Shown piece after piece: positions 11,301 to 19,926 of a stretch of 64,000 nucleotides of DNA. How positions within the stretch are numbered: the first letter of the stretch is position 1; each line of letters starts with the position of its first letter. The position numbers were made by a program, and so were the translations under genes. Source of the stretch: Deltaproteobacteria bacterium (GTDB lineage: Bacteria > SAR324 > NAC60-12). Below the pieces are notes generated by a model. It ran no database searches and was not told the DNA's origin. It was given only the letters and a program-made list of their open reading frames with translations. Location: contig JAYOTF010000004.1 in the NCBI GenBank assembly GCA_038150265.1, positions 70,760-134,759 of the forward strand, given 5' to 3'.

Positions 11301-11445
11301 CGTTGACGTAAACCCGCGGCTGATGCTGAGGAGCCTGTGGCCACTGGCGTTCCTGAGCCTGCAGCGGTCCCCACGCCAACAGAGCCCCCAGCAACCCGAC
11401 GGTTCTTAACCCATGCCACTTTGCCACCAAGCAAGCTCCGAACAA
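8320..11445 (-). CDS. Secreted Ig-like/beta-sandwich repeat protein (OmpL47-like repeats, about 9 units); start uncertain
   Basis: N-terminal signal peptide (..PLQAQ). Recurring D-x-T-(A/P)-P-x-T ... D-x-x-SG(V/I) ... Y(Y/F)(S/A)(V/I/L)D-x-V-(G/N)-N-x-E units. Confidence 0.75.
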   Translation of the reverse strand: MFGACLVAKWHGLRTVGLLGALLAWGPLQAQERQWPQAPQHQPRVYVNDDGITYAPLRQPVFLGLALQPEAEDAVSVPDPKEQSGIPLKEGENLVRNLAVKSEAYTVIGDGTPPETQPNYPETPSYETPERDFIGQNSQFELVPTDALSGVWKTWVSYEGKPYVPAAGLKLNLAVDGVHTFKYFSVDHVGNEEPLQDLTLVVDLTAPVTQVIPEGPHLNRAVATAGRLVLQAEDGASGVDRIRYRIDEGKEQVYRKPLEMKDIPPGAHTLYVSAVDRVKNAEAWQTVPFQHDNQPPELEIKVEGREYRQDGVVYVSSSSPIRLVARDEFSEIKSLDYNLDDAEWIPYTDPFLPPQKAGLHWIGARVSDKAENEGIYRRRVYVDGTPPTTGYRISGSSSWNDDTVIIGPSTSIFFEATDLESRVEKTMICINDQECQPYDQPLSWSEDGDYTIRFYSIDNVNNQEKPQVLLVRVDQARWAGAGESGGDDAAGSSIGPDGRVSHRKHWFVSDEHGLMGAAGLEFFLRLSVSPEEDAPYFQMAYDPDDKDPQSLFFSQGGSQALGVGIPGTKRLFRINIDDTDPRTTARLKGANKFERGGTTYYSEGLVLELTARDAGKEKQSGVEALYYSIDGSGFVEYEEPIKLFFSEKVYRVSYYALDKVGNAEKVRSMEFSIDLAPPLTTHTVEGAFFGSTLSSQTTIELRSDDGLSGVAGIYYSFDNGTEQLYRRPLTAATLRNLPEGDHLLTYYAVDEVGNKETVRKLNFSLDHEPPAVSLRVRGEQHLANNGRTYVSRTTTFSLSAKEKSSEVLKILYAFDTGEMEPYTNTFGLPEVERRHTISFSSLDRVGNTTPRQSKDFYLDLTAPVTSHEVVGTQYLYRGELYLNADTEIRLLASDGGAGIRQTVYRINGGKQQPYKGPIRIKETGRYELSYYSVDEVGNTEEQKSLSFMVDATNPEVAIRSTPPFRESDGKFFIRRGSLLHIDTKDPQSGVREVFYSLNGRNKRLYRRAISRLPIRGSITLDIQVDDWVNNRSTRFITFEIE

Positions 11446-11461
11446 CCTGAGTTTGATCTAT

Positions 11462-13225
11462 CTATTGCTGAGGAACAATCCGGAATTCAGTTACCTGAGT
11501 AGCCTGATTCTGAACGTTGTCTTCTGCCCGCACCGAAATCCGGAAGCGCCCCGGCTTGTCAAAGAACAGGGTTTCTCCGTATGCCTTGTAAGGCTCATCA
11601 TTGAGGGCAAATTCCAGCTTCCGGACGTTGGCCGAGTTATCGGTTGAGGTCAGGTACAGCAGGGTGTTGATGGGGAAGATCTTCACGTCCACGCCGTCTT
11701 CCTTCTCCACACGAAGGGGATCAATGCTGAAGATGGTCAGGATCTGCGGCGGCGTGTTGTCCACAATCAGGAACAGCGGAGAAGACACCTCCCGGTTGTT
11801 GACCCGGTCAATGGACCAGTAGCTGAACATGTACTGGCCTTCTACCGGAATGACAATGTCCTGCTCATAGGTGGTTTCCGCCTCGTTGCCCAGTCGGTAG
11901 CTGGTGGTCTGCACCCCTGCCAGGTCGTCCTGAGCGCTCAGGCGCACCTTCGTGTTGCCAGTCAGCCACACGGCGCCAATGCCCTGACTGAAGTGCGGCC
12001 CCAGGAACTCGTGAGACGACTTCGGAGGCATCGCATCCATGACCACATCCAGCGTTTTGGGCTCCGACTCGTTCCCCAGGCGGTCTCGGCTCTTGAAGAT
12101 GACCTTCATCTCGCCAGGCGCCACCCGAGGAATGAACGGGGTCACGTACTCGCTGTAAGGCAGCTCGTTGATGCGGTACTGAATGGACTGCGGCTGAGAC
12201 CGGAGGTCCGTTGCATCCAGCTGCACCCGGGTCCGTGGAGAAACGTACTGCCGGTCGTTGACCAGGGCCACATCGCCAATGAGGGTGGCCTCGACTTCCG
12301 GAGCGGTCCGGTCCAGCTCGAAGCGGTACTCGCGGGCCACTTCCACGTTGTCCACCTGGTCAATGGCAAAGTAGTGCAGCACCCGCTCCCCATCCGGAAG
12401 GTCCTTGACGGCAATGCCGGTTTCCGGATTGTACTGGCGGGTGGTGCTTTCGTTATCGAAGCGGTAGCGGATTTCCCGAACCCCCGAAAGCTGGTCACCA
12501 CTGGTGAGCAGGATCACACTCTGCTGCGAGAGGATGTCGCCCAAAAAGTTGTTGGTCACGGTGTGTGTGGTCGTCGGTGGGGTCAGGTCCACCGTAAACA
12601 GCACCTCCACCGGTTTGCTGGCGTATCCCACGTGGTCCACGGCGTAGTGACGCACCAGGTAGGTTTTTTCCTGATTCAGATTCAGCGGATTTTCATAAAC
12701 GCCGTACGGCACCCCATCGACAGAAATGTACGCGTCTTCAATTCCGGAGAGGTCGTCCACCGAACGCAGCGTGCCGATCAGTCCTCGCCCGTAGTAGGTC
12801 ATCTTCGAGGATTTGTAGATTGGAGCATCCGTGAGGTTCAGGTTGGTCTCCGGAGGCTGGCCATCGGCAATGAACTTGTACAGCGTCTCTTCTTCTGTCA
12901 GGTAGTTGACCCAGCGGATGAACTGCCGCCCCGGAATTTCCAGGCGGATGCCTTCCGTTTGCCGCTCCTGCTTGCCCCCTTCAGCCAATTCCTGAATCGT
13001 TTGCAGCAAGAACGTCTGAGCGCCTTCTTCCGGAGACGAGGCCAGCCGAATCCACACCGGCTTGTCCATGGGCCAGTAGACCATTTTGGAGCTGCTGGTG
13101 TACACCTTGAGCTCATGCTTCAGCGGTACGGGAACCGGCTGCGCCCACAGGCTTCCGGCGCCCAGCAAGGCAACCAGGAGCCCTAAATTGATCTGCAAGA
13201 AAAGAAGCGCGCCACGGTTAAACAT
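11462..13225 (-). CDS. Secreted Ig-like/beta-sandwich repeat protein (OmpL47-like repeats, about 5 units); paralog of the downstream gene
   Basis: Signal peptide (GAGSLWAQ). Repeats start DGQPPET, DLTPPTT, DRTAPEV, DAMPPKS, DNTPPQI and contain YAVDHVG/YFAIDQVDN/YWSIDRVNN. Confidence 0.75.
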   Translation of the reverse strand: MFNRGALLFLQINLGLLVALLGAGSLWAQPVPVPLKHELKVYTSSSKMVYWPMDKPVWIRLASSPEEGAQTFLLQTIQELAEGGKQERQTEGIRLEIPGRQFIRWVNYLTEEETLYKFIADGQPPETNLNLTDAPIYKSSKMTYYGRGLIGTLRSVDDLSGIEDAYISVDGVPYGVYENPLNLNQEKTYLVRHYAVDHVGYASKPVEVLFTVDLTPPTTTHTVTNNFLGDILSQQSVILLTSGDQLSGVREIRYRFDNESTTRQYNPETGIAVKDLPDGERVLHYFAIDQVDNVEVAREYRFELDRTAPEVEATLIGDVALVNDRQYVSPRTRVQLDATDLRSQPQSIQYRINELPYSEYVTPFIPRVAPGEMKVIFKSRDRLGNESEPKTLDVVMDAMPPKSSHEFLGPHFSQGIGAVWLTGNTKVRLSAQDDLAGVQTTSYRLGNEAETTYEQDIVIPVEGQYMFSYWSIDRVNNREVSSPLFLIVDNTPPQILTIFSIDPLRVEKEDGVDVKIFPINTLLYLTSTDNSANVRKLEFALNDEPYKAYGETLFFDKPGRFRISVRAEDNVQNQATQVTEFRIVPQQ

Positions 13226-13294
13226 CTGAGGGTCCTCAAGTATGAAAAAAAGAAGGGTGCTGGTCAGGGCTTATCGAAAAGCTTAAATTTCGCA

Positions 13295-13303
13295 ACTATA
13301 GCA
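13295..13303 (-). promoter_or_regulatory. Possible extended -10 promoter (TGcTATAGT) for the 13225->4603 operon
   Basis: TGnTATAGT on the minus strand about 70 nt upstream of ATG 13225, in AT-rich intergenic DNA. Confidence 0.35.
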
Positions 13304-13358
13304 CTGGTCTTGCACAAAGGCCATGCTAGAGTTTGGGCCAGGTCCCGAATTTGAGGCA

Positions 13359-14009
13359 TCAGCGCCGCAATTTGCGTTCCAGAATGGTTTGCAGCTCCAC
13401 GTCACTCAGCAGTTTTTCGAGCCCGCCTCCGGGAAACAGCCGGGCCCAGCGGTACGCCAGGTCAGCGCCCAGCCCGTGTTCCACGCCAACGGGCGGCTCC
13501 TTCATGACCTGCTTGAAGGCATCGTTCACCGAGCGGGCCAGCCGGGTGTAGTAATGGTCGAGCACCTCGGCGGTGCTCCCCCCGGCTCGCCAGGCTTCCT
13601 GGTACCACTCCATCGCATTGAGCTTCACAATTGTGCTCCGGGGGTAGCCGGAACACATCAGGTTCCACGGATCGCCCTCGCGGTGCTGATCGCCAGCGCT
13701 CCGGAAGTCGGTCCGCAGCACCACTGCCGGGATGTCCAGCATCTTCGCAAAGAGGAACTCCACCACGGTTCCGGAGTCCAGCTCCAGCCCATCAAAGTTG
13801 AGCAAGATGAGGTCGGCCTTCAGGACCTCCAGCAGGTCCTGATTCCGGATCTCCACCGAGCGCCCGCTCGTCTGCTCCAGGTTCTGGGGCAGCACGCAGC
13901 GGTACTCGCTTCCGGACTCGCGCTCAATGGCTTCTGCGAGCAACAGGTTCCCGATGAGGTCCTTGTGGTTGAACAGATCGCCGGCAAAGTAGATGGAATG
14001 AGTATGCAT
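13359..14009 (-). CDS. Nucleoside 2-deoxyribosyltransferase family protein
   Basis: IYFAGDLF, LPQ, D..ADL...FDGLELDSGTVVEF..A...P.V.LRTDFR, WNLM. Confidence 0.8.
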   Translation of the reverse strand: MHTHSIYFAGDLFNHKDLIGNLLLAEAIERESGSEYRCVLPQNLEQTSGRSVEIRNQDLLEVLKADLILLNFDGLELDSGTVVEFLFAKMLDIPAVVLRTDFRSAGDQHREGDPWNLMCSGYPRSTIVKLNAMEWYQEAWRAGGSTAEVLDHYYTRLARSVNDAFKQVMKEPPVGVEHGLGADLAYRWARLFPGGGLEKLLSDVELQTILERKLRR

Positions 14010-14108
14010 CAGCAGGGCTCCTCTGGGTGAAAAAGCGAATCAGGGGTTGATGAAGGTAAAGGCGGCACAGCGGCAGCTTCGTGGATCCGGAAGCGGCGCC
14101 GCGTCCTC

Positions 14109-15110
14109 TTAGCGCGCAGGGCGGACCTCGCCCACCCGGAGCTCGTTTCGGTTCCGGAGTTCCTGTGACACCGAAAACGAGGGATCCCGGGGGCGAACGC
14201 CGAGTTGGTTCAGGACCTCGCTCAAGGCGACTTCCGCAGCACGAGCCGCGCCGTCTTCCACCTTGAGGGCAAGGCCCACGCCCTGTTCCGGAACGGTTGC
14301 GGCATACACGCCTTCCGCGCCGCCCTTGCAGACCACCTGGTCCCCAAAGGCTTCCATGACGCGGGTGCAGTGCCGCCCGGTTCCGGCCACATAATAGGGT
14401 TCCGCCAGCATGGCCGCCTGCAGGCGTCGCGCAGCCGCAGCCCAGTCTTCCGGAAGCCCCACCCCGGTTCCAAAGCGGGCCATGCCCCGGGCCAGTGCCT
14501 GAAGCGGCACACACCACGTTGGAATGGAGCAGCCGTCAATGCCAACCGGGACCTGGTTCAGGTCGAGCCCCATCGTCTGCTCAAGGGCCTGCTGAATGTG
14601 CTGCTGAACCGGGTGCTCCAGCTGAACGTACCCCTTCGGGTCCACCCCCAACTGGCGCGCCACCGAGAGAAACCCGGAGTGCTTTCCGGAGCAGTTGTTG
14701 TGGAGCGCACAGGGCGTTTCGCCGCGTCGGGCCAGGGCGTAAGCCGATTCTTCGTGCGTGGGCCAATGCTGGCCACACTCCAGGTGGGCATCGGTGCAGT
14801 CGATGCGCTCCAGCCACTGAGACACTGCGGCAATGTGCCGCTCCTCAGAGCCGTGAGAGGCACAGGCCAGGGCCAGCTCCACCTGCTGCAGCCCCCAGCG
14901 GTCTGCCGCTCCGGAGAGGATCAGTGGCAGCGCCTGCAGAGGCTTGGACGCCGAGCGGGGGAAGGTGGGGTAGTCGGGGTTGCCCCACTGACGCACCACC
15001 TGACCAGCGGCATCCAGTACCACCGCATGCACCTGATGCCGGCTCTCAACGACGGGGCCGCGGGTGACTTCAATGCAAAGGGGGGCAGCTTGATCCGAAG
15101 CAGCCGACAT
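14109..15110 (-). CDS. L-asparaginase II (Rhizobium-type) family protein
   Basis: RGPVVESRH, PRSASKPLQA, ACASHGSE, NNCSGKHSG, DGCSIP, KGGAEGV, KVEDGAARA. AGGAG RBS before ATG 15110. Confidence 0.9.
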   Translation of the reverse strand: MSAASDQAAPLCIEVTRGPVVESRHQVHAVVLDAAGQVVRQWGNPDYPTFPRSASKPLQALPLILSGAADRWGLQQVELALACASHGSEERHIAAVSQWLERIDCTDAHLECGQHWPTHEESAYALARRGETPCALHNNCSGKHSGFLSVARQLGVDPKGYVQLEHPVQQHIQQALEQTMGLDLNQVPVGIDGCSIPTWCVPLQALARGMARFGTGVGLPEDWAAAARRLQAAMLAEPYYVAGTGRHCTRVMEAFGDQVVCKGGAEGVYAATVPEQGVGLALKVEDGAARAAEVALSEVLNQLGVRPRDPSFSVSQELRNRNELRVGEVRPAR

Positions 15111-15140
15111 GCGATCTCCTGACACAAAAGTTAGCGAGAG

Positions 15141-16067
15141 TTAGGCGGAAATCTGGTGCTTGACCTGCCACGCCACCTGCATCGCATTCAGGCCATCCTG
15201 CGCCGACACCTTCGGCTGCGTCTTCGTCCGGATGCACTCCAGGAAGCTCTGGACCTCTTCCAGCAGAGCGTCTCCGCGCTCCAACTGCACCACCTCCGGC
15301 TTGAGGGTTTCCGGGTCAATGCCCTCCTGCAGTTCCACCTGAAGCCGCCGGGCCTGCCCGGTTCCGTAGTCGAGCGAGAGGTAGAGCCCGGGCTGGAAGA
15401 TGCGCATGCGGCGTTCCGCCTTGTCAGAAACACGGCTGGCCGTCAGGTTCGCAATGCACCCTCCCGGAAAGCGCAGGCGGGCGCTGGCCAGGTCGCTGCT
15501 GGGGGTGATGATGGAGACCCCGTTCGCTTCCACCTGCTCAGGCATCTCCCCGACCACGGCCAGGACCAGGTCGATGTCGTGGATCATCAGGTCGAGGATG
15601 ACGTCCACATCCGTTCCTCGCTTGGGAAACGGAGCAATGCGGATGTTTTCAATGAACTGCGGCGTTTGAATCTGCTCCCGGAACCCCGTAAAAACCGGGT
15701 TGAAGCGCTCCAGGTGCCCGATCTGCAGAATCACCTCATGCCGGGCCGCCAGCTTTGTCAGCTCTTCGGCCTCCTCAAGGGTGGCGGCAAAGGGCTTTTC
15801 CAGCAGCACATGCACCCCCTTTTCCACAAACGGACGGGTGATGGCATGGTGGGCACTGGTGGGCACCACAATGCTCACCGCGTCCACGTGGTCCAGCACC
15901 GCAGCCGGGTCGGTGTGCCAGGGCACGCCCAGCTCTTCTCCCACCTTCTGGGCCTGTTCCGGATTCGAATCCACCACCCCGATCAGTTCGCAATCAGGCA
16001 GCGCCGCATGTTTTTGGGCATGGAAGCGCCCGAGGTACCCGACTCCGATGACAGCAGTTTTCAGCAT
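15141..16067 (-). CDS. Gfo/Idh/MocA NAD-dependent oxidoreductase, GnnA (UDP-GlcNAc 3-dehydrogenase)-like
   Basis: True start is MLKTAVIGVGYLGRFHAQK. Motifs HVLLEKP, GHLERFNP, DVDVILDLMIHDID, ANLTASRVS. Confidence 0.85.
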   Translation of the reverse strand: MLKTAVIGVGYLGRFHAQKHAALPDCELIGVVDSNPEQAQKVGEELGVPWHTDPAAVLDHVDAVSIVVPTSAHHAITRPFVEKGVHVLLEKPFAATLEEAEELTKLAARHEVILQIGHLERFNPVFTGFREQIQTPQFIENIRIAPFPKRGTDVDVILDLMIHDIDLVLAVVGEMPEQVEANGVSIITPSSDLASARLRFPGGCIANLTASRVSDKAERRMRIFQPGLYLSLDYGTGQARRLQVELQEGIDPETLKPEVVQLERGDALLEEVQSFLECIRTKTQPKVSAQDGLNAMQVAWQVKHQISA

Positions 16068-16096
16068 GAGTTTGTTCAGCAAAGGTTTGCAGCAAC

Positions 16097-16122
16097 CCCC
16101 CTCCGGAACCAGCCGAAGGGGG
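16097..16122 (-). terminator. Intercistronic stem-loop 3' of the oppA-like gene
   Basis: Minus strand CCCCCTTCGG-ctggtt-CCGGAGGGGG forms a 10-bp stem; no U-tract. Confidence 0.45.
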
Positions 16123-16135
16123 TGAGCGAGGGGGC

Positions 16136-17755
16136 TCAGTCCAGACGCCAGTTCCGGATCTGCTGGCCCCCCAGGGCCATGTGGTACCACCCCTTCACCC
16201 AGGGCTTGACCAGGTAGGACGCGGTGTAGAAGTAGAGCGGAATCATCGCCGCCTCTTCCTCGGTCAGAATCTGCTCCGCACGGTAGTAGAGCTTCTTGCG
16301 CTCCTCCGGATTGGTGGAGGCCATGGCTCGGTCCGTCAGGTCTGCAAACTCCTGGTTGTGCCAGCGCAGGCGGTTGGTGGACTTGGTGGGGTGGAAGACT
16401 TCCAGCAGCCAGTTGTTTGCATCCGGATAGTCCGCACACCAGCCAAAGCGGAACAGGTGCGGCGCGCTGGGCTCGGTGGTGGACTTCAGGTAGACCTTCC
16501 ACTCCTGATTTTCCACCTTGATGTTGATGCCGAGGTTGCGCTTGAGCATCGCCTGAACCGCCTGGGCCACCTTGGCGTGGCTTTCGGACGTGTTGTGCAT
16601 GTAGGTGATTTCCGGGAAGCCCTCGCCGTTGGGATAGCCCGCTTCCGCGAGCCACTTCCGGGCCTGTTCCGGATCATAGTGGATGCCCACGCCTTCCGAC
16701 GGATCCACCGACCCAAAAATCGGCGGACGCGTGAAGGTCGTCGCCGGCTCCTGACCTCCGCGGGTCACACGCTCCACAATCGTCTTGCGGTCAATTGCTG
16801 CCGAAATCGCCTTCCGGACCTTCGGGTTGTCCATGGGCGCCCGTTCGTTATTGATGGCCAGGTAGTAGGTGCAGAGATCCGGCTGCACCGAGAACTCGCT
16901 CCGGTACTCCTCCTTGACCCGGTTCATCTCTGCCGGCGGCATCGGCAGGTAAGACGCCCCCATCAGGTCCAGCTCATTGTTTTCGTACATCGCCAGGCCC
17001 GTGGACTCTTCCGGAATGATGTAGTAGTGCACTTCCGGAATGTAAGGCGCCAGGCCACTGACGGCATCCGAGTAGTTCGGATTGCGCTTGAGCACCAAGC
17101 GGTCGCCCTTCTTCCACTCGGCCAGGCGGTAGGAGCCGTTGGTGACAATGTTTTCCGCATTCGTCCAGCTTGTGCCATGCGCCTCAATTGCCTTGCGGGG
17201 CAACGGACGGTAGGTCCACAAGCCCGCCATGGCCGGAAAGAAGCCGGCGGGGGCATTGAGCTGAAACTCAACCGTGTAATCATCCAGGGCCTTCACCCCC
17301 AGCTGGTCCACGTCTTTTTCGGCACCGGTGTTGATGGCCTCGGCATTCTTGAGGATGTAGAGGACGTAGGCATACGGGGAGGCCGTTTCCGGGAGGATGT
17401 TCCGCTTCACGGCGTATTCAATGTCATGGGCCGTCACGGGGGTGCCATCACTCCACTTGACGCCTTCGCGCAGCTTGAAGGTGTAGGTCATGCTGTCGGC
17501 ACTCACCTGCCAGCTCGTGGCCAGCTCCGGAACCACCTCATAGGTCTTGGGGTTGTAGTCCGTGAGGCCGAGGAAGAGCTGCTCAATGACCTCAATCGAA
17601 GAGGAATCCTGAGCCACTCCGGGGTCAAGAGAAGGAATGGCCGACTGCATCGGCAGGCGCAAGAAATCGGGATGATCTGCCGCAAAAACGGTTCCCCCCC
17701 AGGCCAGAGCGGCCACGAGGGTGCCCGTCATGAGCGAACGAAGGCTGTGTGTCAT
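16136..17755 (-). CDS. oppA: Oligopeptide ABC transporter substrate-binding protein (family 5)
   Basis: SLDP, PELATSWQVS..YTFKLREGVKWSDGTPVTAHD, NGSYRLAEW, VRKAISAAIDR, GWCADYPDA. Confidence 0.9.
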   Translation of the reverse strand: MTHSLRSLMTGTLVAALAWGGTVFAADHPDFLRLPMQSAIPSLDPGVAQDSSSIEVIEQLFLGLTDYNPKTYEVVPELATSWQVSADSMTYTFKLREGVKWSDGTPVTAHDIEYAVKRNILPETASPYAYVLYILKNAEAINTGAEKDVDQLGVKALDDYTVEFQLNAPAGFFPAMAGLWTYRPLPRKAIEAHGTSWTNAENIVTNGSYRLAEWKKGDRLVLKRNPNYSDAVSGLAPYIPEVHYYIIPEESTGLAMYENNELDLMGASYLPMPPAEMNRVKEEYRSEFSVQPDLCTYYLAINNERAPMDNPKVRKAISAAIDRKTIVERVTRGGQEPATTFTRPPIFGSVDPSEGVGIHYDPEQARKWLAEAGYPNGEGFPEITYMHNTSESHAKVAQAVQAMLKRNLGINIKVENQEWKVYLKSTTEPSAPHLFRFGWCADYPDANNWLLEVFHPTKSTNRLRWHNQEFADLTDRAMASTNPEERKKLYYRAEQILTEEEAAMIPLYFYTASYLVKPWVKGWYHMALGGQQIRNWRLD

Positions 17756-17869
17756 AAGAGTCTCCTGAGCAAGAGATTGGGCGAGTGAGGCCGTGGCGAG
17801 ACTGCAACAGGTTCTTGTTTCTGAGAATGCTTGTCAAGCCACGTTCCGGCAGCCCAGGCGCTTTGGGGG

Positions 17870-18496
17870 CTAAACCAGAGGCACAAAGGAAAACCGACCC
17901 AGCGCCTCTGATTCCAGACCCGCAGGGGTCTTCCGGACCCGGGTCATGGTGCACCCCTGAGGCGCTCCGATCGGCGCCAGCAAGAGGCCACCGGGCTCGA
18001 GTTGCTCAAGCAAGGCAGGGGGAAGGGCTTCCGAGGCCGCAGTGAGAACAATCCGGGAATACGGTCCTGCTTCCGGAGCCCCCTGCTTGCCATCGCCCCA
18101 CTGAACCGCTACCGTCCGGAAGCCAGCCTGGGCGAGGTTCGAGCGGGCAAATGCCACCAGCTCCGGATGCCGTTCAATGGAGACCACCTGCTTCGCCAGC
18201 ACCGCCAGCAGGGCCGCGTTGTAGCCACTTCCGGTGCCAATTTCCAGCACCGTGTCCTCGGGTCCCACCTCCAGCCACTTCAGCATCAGCATCACCGTGG
18301 TCGGCTGCGAAATCGTCTGTCCCTGCCCAATCGGCAAGGGAAAGTCCAGGTAGGCTTCTCCCACTCGGTGCGACTCCACAAAGGCTTCCCGGGGCACCTG
18401 CTGGAAGGCCTGCAGCACGGCTTCCGGAATGCCTTCCTGCTGCCACTCGCGGAGCAGTCGCTGCTTCTCCGGTTCTCGGGACGCGGCTGCTCTCAT
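17870..18496 (-). CDS. pcm: Protein-L-isoaspartate O-methyltransferase
   Basis: VPREAFV, LPIGQGQTISQP, VLEIGTGSGYNAA, FSFVPLV. Confidence 0.95.
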   Translation of the reverse strand: MRAAASREPEKQRLLREWQQEGIPEAVLQAFQQVPREAFVESHRVGEAYLDFPLPIGQGQTISQPTTVMLMLKWLEVGPEDTVLEIGTGSGYNAALLAVLAKQVVSIERHPELVAFARSNLAQAGFRTVAVQWGDGKQGAPEAGPYSRIVLTAASEALPPALLEQLEPGGLLLAPIGAPQGCTMTRVRKTPAGLESEALGRFSFVPLV

Positions 18497-19626
18497 GAGG
18501 AGCTGCGGGTGGAGGTCAGGTACAGGTGATTGCGGTGCACAACGGGACGCGAGAAGACCGGGAGCAGTTCGGTACTGCCCGCCCGGAAGGCCTCAAGCTG
18601 CTGCCGCAGTTCCCGGGCGGTGCAGGCCACGCGTCCGACCCCCAGGCGGGTGCCGGAAGCCCCGACGATTTCCACCAGATCCTTGACGTCAAAGCTCCCG
18701 GTCACGCGCACAATGCCTTTGGCCAGCAGGCTCTTGTGGTGATCCCGCAGCGCGGCTTCTGCTCCTTCGTCCACCAGCAGGCTGCCCTGGCTCAGTGCTC
18801 CTGCCGCGAGCCACTTCTGGTAGCCGTTCACCTTGCGTCCGGTGGCCACGAAGTGGGTTCCGTTGCGCTTCCCCGAGAGCACTTCCAGCACCCCAGCGGG
18901 CGCCTTGCCCTCGAGGATATGGGTGTGGATGCCAAACTCCATGGCCATGCCGGCGCACCGCACCTTGCTTTCCATGCCGCCCTTGCCCACCTGCGTTTTG
19001 GTAGGACGGCACCAGTCCAGCACCTCCTTGGTGACCTCCGTCACTTCCGGAACCACCAACGAACGCCGACCGGCCGGCGTCTGCTCCTCCCGCAGCAGGC
19101 CGGGGGCCGTGGTCAGAAACACCATCCGATCCGCCCCGGCCACAGCGGCTGTGTAGACCGCCAGCTGGTCGTTGTCACCAAACTGATGGATCTTCAACTC
19201 CTCGGTGGCCACCACATCATTTTCATTGACGATGGGCAGCACCCCTGCGTCCAGCAGGCCACTGAGGGTGCTTCGGATGTTGAGGTACGACGAACGCTCC
19301 CCAAAGTCCTGGCGGGTCAGCAGCACCTGCGCGACCGCAATGCGGTGCTCTCGGAAAAAATCGCCATAGATCTGCATCAGCCGCGCCTGTCCCACTGCCG
19401 CCAGGATCTGGCTGGTCTTCAGCGAGTCCGCAGGAGCCTTCTTCAGGTCCACCAGTTCCCGTCCCGCTCCCACCGCTCCGGAGCTCACCAGGATGACCCG
19501 GTGCCCCCGGTCCCGGATCGTCGCAATGGTGTGCGCCAACTCACTGATGAGGTTGTAGTCCAGGCGCCCGTTCGGACGCTGCAGGACGTTGGTTCCAATT
19601 TTTAGAACAAGGCGTTGCGAGGGCAT
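18493..19626 (-). CDS. proB: Glutamate 5-kinase with C-terminal PUA domain
   Basis: VLKIGTN, VSSGAVGAG, AAVGQ, PIVNENDVV, FGDNDQLA, GGMESKV, KSLLAKGI. Confidence 0.95.
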   Translation of the reverse strand: MPSQRLVLKIGTNVLQRPNGRLDYNLISELAHTIATIRDRGHRVILVSSGAVGAGRELVDLKKAPADSLKTSQILAAVGQARLMQIYGDFFREHRIAVAQVLLTRQDFGERSSYLNIRSTLSGLLDAGVLPIVNENDVVATEELKIHQFGDNDQLAVYTAAVAGADRMVFLTTAPGLLREEQTPAGRRSLVVPEVTEVTKEVLDWCRPTKTQVGKGGMESKVRCAGMAMEFGIHTHILEGKAPAGVLEVLSGKRNGTHFVATGRKVNGYQKWLAAGALSQGSLLVDEGAEAALRDHHKSLLAKGIVRVTGSFDVKDLVEIVGASGTRLGVGRVACTARELRQQLEAFRAGSTELLPVFSRPVVHRNHLYLTSTRSSS

Positions 19627-19926
19627 GGAAGGCAATCCGGACCAGTCAATTCAGCAAAACTTAATTTTTTAACACACTCACCAAAAAGATGCCATGAGCG
19701 ACGCCTCACTCGACCGTGTTTTCGGTCAATTTTTGTTTTTGGCTGGCCTAAACCAACGGATGCCCTACCTTGAAAAATATGGAAAACTGGACACCCTCTG
19801 AAAGGGTGATGAATTTTCCTGCCGAGGGGTCCCGCCTCTCGGCAGAGTCGGCAACCGAGTTGAGCCTGAGGCTCGCGCTACCGGCTGCGCGGGGGCTGCT
19901 TCCGAAACGCCTGGTGCGGTCCGGAG

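Noticed and set aside
16068..16655. N-terminal 195 aa of the 504-aa ORF 15141-16655
   Set aside because: It overlaps oppA in another frame; the Rossmann motif begins at ATG 16067.
19893..19915. SRP RNA-like string CCAGG...GGAAGCAGCC on the minus strand
   Set aside because: It lacks the 3-bp stem with GNRA tetraloop between CAGG and AGCAG, and there is no long enclosing helix.
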